Source of the DNA: an uncultured bacterium
GTDB lineage: Bacteria > Hydrothermota > Tepidihabitantia > SM23-42
DNA: 64,000 nt
Direction: 5' to 3'
Assembly (NCBI GenBank): GCA_965603515.1
Contig: CBFDDH010000001.1
Location: forward strand, 80,568-144,567
Below are positions 29,611 through 38,741 of this stretch, in pieces; the stretch's first letter is position 1, and every line of letters starts with the position of its first letter. The notes under the pieces are model-generated. The model ran no database searches, was not told the origin of the DNA, and was given only the letters and a program-made list of their open reading frames with translations. Both the position numbers and the translations under genes were made by a program.

Positions 29611-30948
29611 TTATACGTAGTCATTTATCGGTCCGTATAACCAATAAAATCCATTCGTTAAAACCGCATTGACATTCTCAGCCGAAACCGCAACGCCATC
29701 ACTGACCAACTGTTCACCTATCACCTTTGTCCTTTTGAGAAAATCGACCGCGAGCTTTGCACCGAGCGTATCCATTTTCTTCAGTTTGGCAAAATGACTC
29801 TGCAGAGCCTCTTCTTTCTTAGGGTTTATCAGGAGGGCTTTCCATGAAACAGAATCTTCCGGTAGGGGCCCGATCTTGGCATCAGTTTTCTCATTCCACT
29901 TGTCACTCAGCATGAAATACTCTTTCTTGCTGAAATTATAGATACCCACCGGACGATTCCTCTCATACTTAAGGAAACCATCTTTTTGGGAACCATCAGC
30001 ATATTGCCCCCCCAACACGTGCTGCTTGACCATCTTATCGACAAATCTACTTCTTAAGCTCTTGTCGTTAAGATGAGTTCGCATAACTCTCAGGATACAC
30101 TGGAATACATCAATCCCGACATAGTCAATGAGTTGGAAAATACCCATGGGTCTTAAGAGAAAATCCTGGGTGACTCTATTAACAACGTAAATCGCACCGG
30201 GATAGCGAAACGTGCTTTTTAGACGTTCCACTTCGCTTAGTGCGTACAAGCCGTCGCGTGTAAAATGACCATTGCCTATAAACCCGGATATATCACATGA
30301 AGGGATTAATTTTTTGCGCAACCGTTTTCCCAGCTCATCTCCAATTCTCACTAACTCTTCGACCGTGCTTTGCGCAGTTATGACCTCGACTAAACGCTGT
30401 ACAACAGGTGGATTGTAGAAGTGGTAGCCAATCAAACGACCATCAAGACCTGCTTGTTCATCAAGATATGAGATCGGAATACTCGACGTATTTGTTAAAA
30501 ACATGGTATCGGGAGCACATAATCTCTTCATTTTCCGGTAGATTTTTGTTTTTACCTTCTCATTCTCAACAATCGCTTCAAAAACCAGGTGTGCATCTTT
30601 GACGACATTGAGATCAGTGGAATAATTAAGCACTGATGATGCACTGTCAACAAAAGTCTCTATGATATCAGCATTCTCAATAAGATCCTGGCGTTCGCTG
30701 TATAGCGCCCTCAACTGAACACTGGATTTCTCAGCTACTTTGGTTAACTGTGTTCTCATATAACCACGTAAACTATCCAGCGCCGTTTCACTAATATCGA
30801 TAAGGTTGATTCGATACGCCTTGTCTTTGTTCTCCGCTTTTAACTTGAGCTTGGTTATCTCCTGAGCAATCATAACGCCGATACCACTACCCATTTTCCC
30901 CGCCGCACCGATAATCGCCACATTTTGCAGCCTATCATCCAATGTCAT
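29611..30948 (-). CDS. 3-hydroxyacyl-CoA dehydrogenase family protein
   Basis: 445 aa; NAD Rossmann IIGAAGKMGSGIG, HADH N-terminal and C-terminal domains plus extension. Confidence 0.7.
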   Translation of the reverse strand: MTLDDRLQNVAIIGAAGKMGSGIGVMIAQEITKLKLKAENKDKAYRINLIDISETALDSLRGYMRTQLTKVAEKSSVQLRALYSERQDLIENADIIETFVDSASSVLNYSTDLNVVKDAHLVFEAIVENEKVKTKIYRKMKRLCAPDTMFLTNTSSIPISYLDEQAGLDGRLIGYHFYNPPVVQRLVEVITAQSTVEELVRIGDELGKRLRKKLIPSCDISGFIGNGHFTRDGLYALSEVERLKSTFRYPGAIYVVNRVTQDFLLRPMGIFQLIDYVGIDVFQCILRVMRTHLNDKSLRSRFVDKMVKQHVLGGQYADGSQKDGFLKYERNRPVGIYNFSKKEYFMLSDKWNEKTDAKIGPLPEDSVSWKALLINPKKEEALQSHFAKLKKMDTLGAKLAVDFLKRTKVIGEQLVSDGVAVSAENVNAVLTNGFYWLYGPINDYV

Positions 30949-31056
30949 CTAAAACCTCCTTTTTCCTTCGGAAAAATAGATGCAGACAGATTTGCCTACC
31001 GGCAAATTAAGATGCAAACGGATTAGATTTGATAAAAATTCCGTCTGCATCCTTAA

Positions 31057-31845
31057 TTATCCGTTTGAATCTAAAGCCCACTTGGGCTTTCGCTTTTCCA
31101 GAAAAGCCTTCATGCCTTCTTTCGCTTCATCAGTAGAGAAAAGAATACTGAAGGCTTCCATTTCATAGGAATTCGCCGTTGTAAGATTTGCATCAATACC
31201 GCGATTGATCACGGTTTTGGCAACACGCACTGCAGTTGGACCAACCGCTGCTATTTTGTTTGCGATATCCTTTGCTTCATCCATGAGTTTATCAAAAGAA
31301 ACAACTCTATTTACTAAACCTATTCTCAACGCCTCCTGAGCGTCAATGAGATCGCCCGTGTAAATAAGCTCTTTTGCTTTTGCCGTACCCACTAATCTGG
31401 CAAGGCGCTGTGTTCCAGCATGCCCGGGGATCAAACCAAGTTTCACTTCAGGCTGACCTAATTTCGCCTTTTCAGAAACAATCCTTATGTCACAAGCCAT
31501 TGCAAGTTCACATCCCGAACCAAGAGCATAACCATTCACTGCCGCAATAACTGGTTTCTCCATATTTTCGATGTAGGATAAAACACGCTGACCGATTCGA
31601 CTGTATTCCCGGGCCTTAAAGACATCCATCTCAGATAAACGAGCGATGTCTGAACCTGAGACAAACGCCTTACCTTCACCAGTTATAATGATGACATAGA
31701 TGCTGTCATCTTCATCGAAACCCTGCATTGCCTTTTCGATCTCAAGTATTGTCTCCACGTTTACAGCATTCAAGACATCGGGCCGATTGATCTTGAGAAT
31801 CCCCAATCTGTCTTCATTTTCAACAATTATGTTATTAAAGGACAT
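31057..31845 (-). CDS. enoyl-CoA hydratase (crotonase)
   Basis: 262 aa; crotonase fold with oxyanion-hole segments AAVNGYALGSGCELA and catalytic Glu residues. Confidence 0.8.
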   Translation of the reverse strand: MSFNNIIVENEDRLGILKINRPDVLNAVNVETILEIEKAMQGFDEDDSIYVIIITGEGKAFVSGSDIARLSEMDVFKAREYSRIGQRVLSYIENMEKPVIAAVNGYALGSGCELAMACDIRIVSEKAKLGQPEVKLGLIPGHAGTQRLARLVGTAKAKELIYTGDLIDAQEALRIGLVNRVVSFDKLMDEAKDIANKIAAVGPTAVRVAKTVINRGIDANLTTANSYEMEAFSILFSTDEAKEGMKAFLEKRKPKWALDSNG

Positions 31846-32044
31846 CTTACCTCCTTCCAGATAAATACTAAATTCTGATCTCTTCAGCCTGAGGCTGATC
31901 CACCTCGGGTGGAAAATCGTACCTAAACAAATTCAAATGTTTTAAACGTTTCTTATTTTGTATTTCTGTCATTTGATATTGTTTAGGATTTAGTACTTAG
32001 ATATTGTCTACTCATTCATTCTGATCTCCTGAAAACACTCACCA
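31846..32044. repeat. AT-rich CCAAA/TTTAGG-armed intercistronic element, family 2, with twin-hairpin core (31885-31915)
   Basis: core cagcctgaggctgatccacctcgggtggaaaat; flanking ataaatactaaattctga ... gtttaggatttagtacttag inverted arms. Confidence 0.55.
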
Positions 32045-32512
32045 TCAGAACAGATCTGCAGCGATTGCACATATTTTCCCCAGCAACGCGTTGTCCTTAT
32101 CAGTAAAAGGGGAAAGAGTATATGAATCAATATCAAGCTCCCCGACAACCTGATCATTCTTCATTATAGGAAATACTATTTCGGACATCACCTTGACACT
32201 GCAGGACAAATAATTCGTTTCTTTTCTAATATCCTGAACCACAAATGGCTTTCTTATTACTGCAGCTTGTCCACAAATCCCTTCACCAAAAGCGATGCGG
32301 GTATGTTCAGTCGGTTCTCCGACAAAAGGTCCAAGAATGAGTTCCCTCTTTGATTGGTCAGCAATATAAAAGCCTACCCAATCATAATACGTTACATTAT
32401 CTTTAAGCAAATTACACGTTGCCGCTAGTTTTTCATCACGACTGAGCTTGCTATCGACAATTTCCTGGACGTTATTGATAATCTGCACAATCTCTTCAGA
32501 ATAGTCGGTCAT
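32045..32512 (-). CDS. GAF domain protein
   Basis: 155 aa; free-standing GAF fold pattern (small-ligand binding), no output domain. Confidence 0.55.
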   Translation of the reverse strand: MTDYSEEIVQIINNVQEIVDSKLSRDEKLAATCNLLKDNVTYYDWVGFYIADQSKRELILGPFVGEPTEHTRIAFGEGICGQAAVIRKPFVVQDIRKETNYLSCSVKVMSEIVFPIMKNDQVVGELDIDSYTLSPFTDKDNALLGKICAIAADLF

Positions 32513-32570
32513 TTTTCATTTCTCCTTCATTATGATTTAATTTTGTTTTCTAAACAACTATCTAAAACGC

Positions 32571-32951
32571 CTACTTCCTTTTTTTCTTTTCCTTCGCCAA
32601 GTAATTCTCGAGTGCCTTATGCAGTGCATCAGCGCCAAGGTTTGAACAATGTAATTTCAGAGGTGGCAAACCTCCAAGTTCATCGACAACTGACTCATTA
32701 GTTATTTTCATCGCTTCCTCAACTGCTTTCCCTTTTGCCATCTCGCTCACGATACTAGAAACGGCAATCGCCGCACCACATCCAAAGGTCTTGAATCTTA
32801 CATCTGTAATAATACCGTTCTTAACTCTAATATAAAAGGTCATAACATCACCGCAGACAGGATTACCAACTTCACCGACACCGTCGGCATCCTTAATCTC
32901 ACCCACGTTACGTGGCTTCATAAAATGGTCCATCACTTTCTTACTGTACAT
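32571..32951 (-). CDS. Fe-S cluster assembly scaffold protein (IscU/NifU N-terminal type)
   Basis: 126 aa; three conserved Cys in GNPVCGD, FGCGAAIA, LHCS motifs. Confidence 0.8.
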   Translation of the reverse strand: MYSKKVMDHFMKPRNVGEIKDADGVGEVGNPVCGDVMTFYIRVKNGIITDVRFKTFGCGAAIAVSSIVSEMAKGKAVEEAMKITNESVVDELGGLPPLKLHCSNLGADALHKALENYLAKEKKKRK

Positions 32952-32953
32952 TA

Positions 32954-33451
32954 TTATTTCTCCTGCTCCAATTCCACTAATGGCTTAAGGGCTTCAACCT
33001 GATCACCTTCTTCATAGTTAATCCTTTTGACAATACCATCCCGCGGCGCGCGCAATTCATTTTGCATCTTCATTGCTTCAACTATCGCGAGCGTGGTTCC
33101 TTCCTTGACATCATCGCCAACCGCTACCATAACCTTCACTAGTAACCCAGGCATTAACGACTGCACACTATCACCCTTTTGAACCTGAGCACCAGCTCCT
33201 TTGAATACATTCCCTCTTTCCAAAACAAGCAAATAATAATCTCCGTTAACTGCCAAATATATAATATCTCCAGCTTGTGCATAATAGATATTGTTAAGTT
33301 TTTTGTTAAGTTTGAAAGAGACTATATTATCATATCTCGAATAGTTAACGATATCATAGTCCTTTCTATCAATAGTAACCTGATAACCACCATCAGATTT
33401 CTTGATTTTCGCTGTATGGGTCTTATTTAGATGTTTGAATTTATATTCCAT
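32954..33451 (-). CDS. biotin carboxyl carrier protein-like (biotinyl domain with ~90 aa N-terminal extension)
   Basis: 165 aa; C-terminal EAMKMQNEL biotinylation motif; 3 nt downstream of IscU gene stop. Confidence 0.7.
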   Translation of the reverse strand: MEYKFKHLNKTHTAKIKKSDGGYQVTIDRKDYDIVNYSRYDNIVSFKLNKKLNNIYYAQAGDIIYLAVNGDYYLLVLERGNVFKGAGAQVQKGDSVQSLMPGLLVKVMVAVGDDVKEGTTLAIVEAMKMQNELRAPRDGIVKRINYEEGDQVEALKPLVELEQEK

Positions 33452-33595
33452 AAACGATTAAATCTCAAAACCCAAGTATCAAAAACCAAACAATACCTAA
33501 ATTCCAATACCGAATTTTCTTTTTTATTTTTAAGTTTAGGATTTTGGTCATTATTAATTATTTGTAATTTGGGATTTGTAATTTGGAACTTGCCC
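33452..33595. repeat. family 2 AT-rich element
   Basis: aaacccaagtatcaaaaaccaaacaatacctaaattccaatacc ... aagtttaggattttgg ... tttgggatttgtaatttgg. Confidence 0.5.
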
Positions 33596-35104
33596 CTAGT
33601 GTCCACATATTTCCCAATGACCCAATTCTTGCCATGGAGTCGTCGTGTGGCGAACCTGCGCCGATTTGGCGAGGGTTTGAACAGCAACCACTGCGCTTCT
33701 TGTTATCTTTACCAAAGAAGCAGCAACTAAAGCCTCCGTTATCTTATCATGTTGAGGGATCAGAGCTTCCTCATTATCATCAATAAAATGCGTATCGTAT
33801 TCGCCAGTTATGAACTTCTCTGTATCCACGATGCGTTTCAAAAAGCCGATATTGGTTTTAATACCGAGGATAATATAGTTTTCCAAGGCTTTGGACATAC
33901 GGGCGATAGAGATTTCTCTTGTCTCAGCCAAGGTTATCAATTTAGAAAGTATCGGATCATAATGGGGCGGCACATCCCAGCCTTGATATATCCCTGAATC
34001 TACTCTGATACCTGGCCCACTCGGTTCAAGGAGAAACAGGATTTTGCCAGGCGACGGCATGAAGTTACTGTCCGGATCTTCAGCGTAAATACGTGATTCT
34101 ATTGCATGCCCGCGCTGACTTATGTCTTTTTGCCGGAACTCCAATTCCCCTCCGGCAGCAATCAGGATTTGATGACGGACTATATCTACACCAGTAACCA
34201 TCTCCGTAATAGGATGCTCAACTTGAACCCGCGCGTTCACTTCCAGAAAATAGAATTTCCTGTTATGGTCAACGAGAAACTCAACTGTACCAGCATTCGT
34301 ATAATCAGCAGCTTCAATAACGCTTTTTGCCGCTTCACCCATTTTAGCACGCAGAACATTATCGAGGGCTGGCGAAGGTGTCTCCTCAACTATCTTTTGG
34401 TGACGACGTTGAATAGAACACTCGCGCTCGTACAAATGCACAACATTACCATGAGTATCCCGAATAACTTGAAACTCAATATGCCGCGGGTTCTGGATAT
34501 ATTTCTCAAGGTAAACCGTAGCATCACCAAAGGCGCTCTGAGCCTCTCTCTGTCCAGCTGCAATACTGGCCTCAAGTTCCTTTTCACTACGAACAACTCT
34601 CATACCTTTACCGCCACCACCCATGGACGCCTTAACAATAACTGGGTAACCTACTTGATCCGCCATACTTCTATACGCAGCTAAATCTGCACTACTGGCT
34701 TCCATGCCCGGGATAATCGGCACATCAACCCGTTTTACTGTATTGCGCGATGCCACCTTATCACCGACAAGGATCATCGCCTTGGAACTTGGTCCGATAA
34801 AGACAATCCCAGCATCTTCACAGGCTTTCACAAACAATGCATTTTCTGCCAAAAAACCATAACCTGGATGAATTGCTTGAGCACCGGTTCGACGTGCTTG
34901 CTCAATGATAGTCTTAATGTTCAAATAGCTCGTCTGAGGCGCCGGTTCGCCAATGCAGACCGCCTCATCCATATGCCAAAGGTGGCGTGAGCTGACATCA
35001 ACCGTGGAATATACGCCGGTTGCTGCAATACCCATTTCATGGCATGCGCGGGCGATGCGAATTGCAATCTCACCACGGTTGGCAATTAGTATTTTCTTAA
35101 ACAT
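33596..35104 (-). CDS. biotin carboxylase subunit of acyl-CoA carboxylase
   Basis: 502 aa; MFKKILIANRGEIAIRIARA N-terminus, ATP-grasp domain, biotin carboxylase C-domain; C-terminal ~40 aa of ORF may be read-through of weak similarity. Confidence 0.9.
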   Translation of the reverse strand: MFKKILIANRGEIAIRIARACHEMGIAATGVYSTVDVSSRHLWHMDEAVCIGEPAPQTSYLNIKTIIEQARRTGAQAIHPGYGFLAENALFVKACEDAGIVFIGPSSKAMILVGDKVASRNTVKRVDVPIIPGMEASSADLAAYRSMADQVGYPVIVKASMGGGGKGMRVVRSEKELEASIAAGQREAQSAFGDATVYLEKYIQNPRHIEFQVIRDTHGNVVHLYERECSIQRRHQKIVEETPSPALDNVLRAKMGEAAKSVIEAADYTNAGTVEFLVDHNRKFYFLEVNARVQVEHPITEMVTGVDIVRHQILIAAGGELEFRQKDISQRGHAIESRIYAEDPDSNFMPSPGKILFLLEPSGPGIRVDSGIYQGWDVPPHYDPILSKLITLAETREISIARMSKALENYIILGIKTNIGFLKRIVDTEKFITGEYDTHFIDDNEEALIPQHDKITEALVAASLVKITRSAVVAVQTLAKSAQVRHTTTPWQELGHWEICGH

Positions 35105-35217
35105 AAATCAAGTTCTTGAAACTTGTCCCGATTTATCATTGTTGATTATATAGTATAAGTAAATCGTGGATCCCGCATAGCGGGAGGATTTGGTTCTTGG
35201 GATTTGCGTTTTGGCAT
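35105..35217. repeat. family 2-related spacer (tttgg arm only)
   Basis: ggatttggttcttgggatttgcgttttggcatc. Confidence 0.3.
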
Positions 35218-36012
35218 CTATACTTTGTTCCATTTCGGTTTTCTCTTGTCAAAAAATGCTGCCATCCCTTCCTGACCTTCATCAGAGATACGCAATCGCG
35301 CAATTACCTCAGCAGTATATTCTCTTGCCTTATCAAAGGGCATCTGCGCAACATTGCGCAATAACTCCTTGCATTTAGTGATCGCCTCTGGACCACTGGA
35401 TATTAATCTACTGACCAGTTCGTCAACATATTTATCGATTTCTTTTAACTCAACGACCGCATTAACCAACCCGGAATTAAATGCCCTTTTGGCGGTCAAC
35501 CTTTCACCGGTTAAAAAGAATTCACGACATTTACCTTCACCGCATTTTTTCATTACGTAAGGTGAAATGCATGCCGGAATAAGACCTATTTTCACTTCGC
35601 TGAAACTGAACTTGGCTTGGTCTGCAGCAATGGCAATATCGCATACTGCAACAAACCCAGTGCCACCACCAATTGCGACACCGTTAACTTGAGCGATTGT
35701 CGGTTTTGGTGAAGTATAGATTTTATAAAACATGTCAGCTAGTTTTAAAGACCCTTTCAGATTATCTTCATAAGAATAATCCTTGACCCGGCGCATCCAG
35801 TTCAGGTCAGCGCCCGCACAAAAAGACTTACCTTTACCAGTTAGAATGACCACCCGTACGTCGTTGTTCTCGGCGATACAGTCAAAAACCTCAATCAACT
35901 CCTTTATCATTATGTCATTGAAGGCGTTATGAACATCCGGACGGTTGAAAGTCACCTTTGCTACTTTGTTTTCGATATCATACAAAAGTGTCTGCAGGTT
36001 TTCTCCTCGCAT
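35218..36012 (-). CDS. enoyl-CoA hydratase/isomerase (methylglutaconyl-CoA hydratase-like)
   Basis: 264 aa; crotonase fold, oxyanion hole region VNGVAIGGGTGF. Confidence 0.7.
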   Translation of the reverse strand: MRGENLQTLLYDIENKVAKVTFNRPDVHNAFNDIMIKELIEVFDCIAENNDVRVVILTGKGKSFCAGADLNWMRRVKDYSYEDNLKGSLKLADMFYKIYTSPKPTIAQVNGVAIGGGTGFVAVCDIAIAADQAKFSFSEVKIGLIPACISPYVMKKCGEGKCREFFLTGERLTAKRAFNSGLVNAVVELKEIDKYVDELVSRLISSGPEAITKCKELLRNVAQMPFDKAREYTAEVIARLRISDEGQEGMAAFFDKRKPKWNKV

Positions 36013-36090
36013 AAACTATATCCCCCTATTTCTTAATTACGAATTTCAAATCAGAAATGCCAAATTGAAGCATTGAGGCTTTGACATTTG

Positions 36091-36420
36091 TCATTGATTA
36101 TCTTCTCCTAGGGTTTTTGTTCGAGTCGGCTCAACGAGCAAAATCCAGGCAGGTTTTTTTGCACGCGAACGGTGCCGCGTCCCCTTTTCTACCAGAAAAC
36201 CTTCATTCTCTCTGAGCTCGACTGCGCCTTCTTCTGTATCAATGAAAATCTTGCCTTTGAGTACTAAAAAGAATTCATCCTCATCGCGATGCGTATGCCA
36301 GTTGTAAACACCATGGATTTTTGCAATACGCAAAGCAGTATCATTAATATAGGCAATATCCTTAGGTTGCCACGGGTCTCTGACATCCTTAATAATATCC
36401 TTAAGTTTTATTTTTTTCAT
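36091..36420 (-). CDS. cupin domain protein
   Basis: 109 aa; two-motif cupin with His ligands (HTHRDEDEFF... H). Confidence 0.55.
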   Translation of the reverse strand: MKKIKLKDIIKDVRDPWQPKDIAYINDTALRIAKIHGVYNWHTHRDEDEFFLVLKGKIFIDTEEGAVELRENEGFLVEKGTRHRSRAKKPAWILLVEPTRTKTLGEDNQ

Positions 36421-36440
36421 TGCACCCCTTTTTGCAGTAA

Positions 36441-36540
36441 TGGTTATTGGGTTAGGGGTAAGATACTAGATTTCAAGCATCCATACCTATCTTCTATCTT
36501 TTTTTGTAGCATCCAAACCTAAACCCATCTTCTATATGTC
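36441..36540. repeat. family 1 element copy C
   Basis: tggttattgggttaggggtaagatactagatttcaagcatccata...catccaaacctaaacccatcttctatatg. Confidence 0.75.
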
Positions 36541-36542
36541 GA

Positions 36543-38150
36543 TTACATTCGGAAAATTCCAAATTTGTGGTCAGGAATTGGCGCATTGAGTGCCATGGCA
36601 ATGGCTAAACCAAGTAGCTGTCGTGTATCTAAAGGATCGATAATTCCATCATCCCACAATCGAGCAGTCGAGAAATAGGCACTTGATTCGTTCTCGTACT
36701 TAACCAAGATGGGGCTTCTTATTTCTTCTATCTCTTTAGGCATAGGCTCTTCACCCTTTTTCGTCAAAGCCCTCACTTTGATATCAGTCAAAACACTTGC
36801 AGCTTGTTCACCACCCATGACACAAATCCTCGCGGTTGGCCACATCCAGAGAAGTCGCGGATCATAAGCCCGTCCGCACATGCCATAGTTACCAGCGCCG
36901 TATGATCCACCTATTATGACCGTGAACTTGGGCACCTGGGCGTTAGCTACCGCGTGCACCAATTTAGCACCGTCTTTCGCAATACCCTGATGCTCGTACG
37001 TCTTACCGACAATAAAACCCGTGATGTTCTGCAGGAAAAGCAATGGGATTTTCCTTACTGCGCACATCGTAATAAAATGTGCACCTTTTTGAGAAGATTC
37101 AGAAAACAAAACTCCGTTATTCGCAAGGATGCCGATCGGATAACCCATGATGCGGGCAAAACCGCAGACAATAGTTGGTCCGTACAATTCCTTGAATTCA
37201 TGGAATTCACTAAGGTCAACCAGACGTGCAATAATCTCTCTCATATCAAAGGTCTTCTTAGGATCCCTGGGGATAATCCCATACAGTTCTGATGGATCAT
37301 ATGCTGGCTCTTCTGGCTCTTTCCTTACAAGCGGGAATTTTGACAACACACCTAAATTCTCCACGATATTACGGGTGATTTCAATGGCGTGTTCGTCACT
37401 GAACGCATAGTGGTCAGCGACACCAGAGATACGACAATGCACATCAGCACCACCTAAATCCTCTTCACTAACAACTTCACCAGTTGCCGCCTTGACCAAA
37501 GGAGGTCCGCCAATATAGATAGTACCCACTCCTTTAACAATGACCACCTCATCACTCATCGCCGGTTGATACGCACCACCGGCAGTACAGAACCCCATAA
37601 CCACAGATATTTGAGGGATATTTTCAGCTGACATTCGCGCCTGGTTAAAAAATATCCTGCCGAAATGGAAGCGGTCAGGAAATGTTCCGACCTGGAGCGG
37701 CAAAAATATACCTCCTGAATCAACAAGATATATACATGGCAGGCGATTTTCCATTGCAATCTCTTGCGCGCGAATATGCTTCTTTATGGTTTCCGGAATA
37801 TATGTCCCACCTTTCACCGTTGCATCGTGGGCAATGACCATAACTTCTCTGTTGTGGATAACGCCGATACCAGTAATAATTGCTGCTCCTGGATGACCAT
37901 TATCATACATATCCCAAGCTGCCAACGGATTCAATTCAAGAAAGGGCGTATCCGGATCAAGAAGAAGGCGTAGCCGCTCACGCACAAAGAACTTACCGCG
38001 GTCCTTATGCTTCTTATGCATATAATCAGGACCACCCTTTTTCACCGATGCAAGGCGTTCCTTCAAAACCCTCACTGCTTCTTGCATAGCTGCTTTGTTC
38101 TCTTTGTATTCAGCGCTGTTTACGCTTACTTTTGATTCTATTTTAAACAT
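36543..38150 (-). CDS. acyl-CoA carboxylase carboxyltransferase subunit (3-methylcrotonyl-CoA carboxylase beta-like)
   Basis: 535 aa; two crotonase-like CoA-carboxyltransferase domains; N-terminal region resembles MCC beta ([27 protein letters not shown]). Confidence 0.8.
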   Translation of the reverse strand: MFKIESKVSVNSAEYKENKAAMQEAVRVLKERLASVKKGGPDYMHKKHKDRGKFFVRERLRLLLDPDTPFLELNPLAAWDMYDNGHPGAAIITGIGVIHNREVMVIAHDATVKGGTYIPETIKKHIRAQEIAMENRLPCIYLVDSGGIFLPLQVGTFPDRFHFGRIFFNQARMSAENIPQISVVMGFCTAGGAYQPAMSDEVVIVKGVGTIYIGGPPLVKAATGEVVSEEDLGGADVHCRISGVADHYAFSDEHAIEITRNIVENLGVLSKFPLVRKEPEEPAYDPSELYGIIPRDPKKTFDMREIIARLVDLSEFHEFKELYGPTIVCGFARIMGYPIGILANNGVLFSESSQKGAHFITMCAVRKIPLLFLQNITGFIVGKTYEHQGIAKDGAKLVHAVANAQVPKFTVIIGGSYGAGNYGMCGRAYDPRLLWMWPTARICVMGGEQAASVLTDIKVRALTKKGEEPMPKEIEEIRSPILVKYENESSAYFSTARLWDDGIIDPLDTRQLLGLAIAMALNAPIPDHKFGIFRM

Positions 38151-38253
38151 AATCTCCTTCTAAATCCTAAACACTATTATTTAAACTTGATTGTTGATTT
38201 ATGAGTTTGAATCTTTGGGATTTGTTTGTCATTTGGTATTTGTAATTTGGATC
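38151..38253. repeat. family 2-related spacer (tttgg arm)
   Basis: gaatctttgggatttgtttgtcatttggtatttgtaatttggatc. Confidence 0.4.
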
Positions 38254-38643
38254 TTATGCCAATACTGCCTTATAACCATAACAAATAATCCCGGTTTGTC
38301 CTTCTGTATACAACTTTCTAAAAACAAACTTCACTTTCTTACCGATTTCAAGGTCCTTTGGCTCACAATCAACGACCTGAGTTGTAAGCCGGACACCGTT
38401 GTCTGATTCAACGATAGCGATCGCATAGGGAACCTGCGTAGCAAAGTCTGCTGGTGCTACCCTGATCATTGTATAAGAAACAATTGTTCCAGTTTCTGAC
38501 AACTTTGTTTTATCAAATCCTTTGGACCCGCAAGCCGCGCATACCAGGCGGGGAGGAAAAAACAATTTACCACATTTCTTACACTTGGCAGCTTCGAGCC
38601 GGTATCTCTGAGGCATCTCTCTGTGATATCTCGGTGATGGCAT
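38254..38643 (-). CDS. DUF35 Zn-ribbon/OB-fold protein (thiolase/HMG-CoA synthase partner)
   Basis: Start at MPSPRYH with SD AGGAGG; CKKCG...CAACG zinc ribbon followed by OB fold. Confidence 0.7.
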   Translation of the reverse strand: MPSPRYHREMPQRYRLEAAKCKKCGKLFFPPRLVCAACGSKGFDKTKLSETGTIVSYTMIRVAPADFATQVPYAIAIVESDNGVRLTTQVVDCEPKDLEIGKKVKFVFRKLYTEGQTGIICYGYKAVLA

Positions 38644-38741
38644 GTAACCTCCTTTTAGAAACAAATACCTAAAAGTCCAAAAATCCAAAATACCTAAAGA
38701 AAAATACCAAACAAATCTTAGGCATTTAGGTGTTTAGTTAT
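38644..38741. repeat. family 2 AT-rich element
   Basis: aaatacctaaaagtccaaaaatccaaaatacctaaag ... cttaggcatttaggtgtttag (latter shared with 42360-42382). Confidence 0.5.

Noticed and set aside
31885-31915. Twin hairpin as intrinsic terminator between GAF and crotonase genes
   Set aside because: Stems are only 5 bp and neither orientation is followed by a T/U tract. A terminator is unlikely.
31885-31915. Fragment of a 16S rRNA gene
   Set aside because: Similarity is limited to a roughly 14-nt stretch of the 3' terminus. Surrounding sequence has no rRNA similarity and the motif recurs in another spacer.
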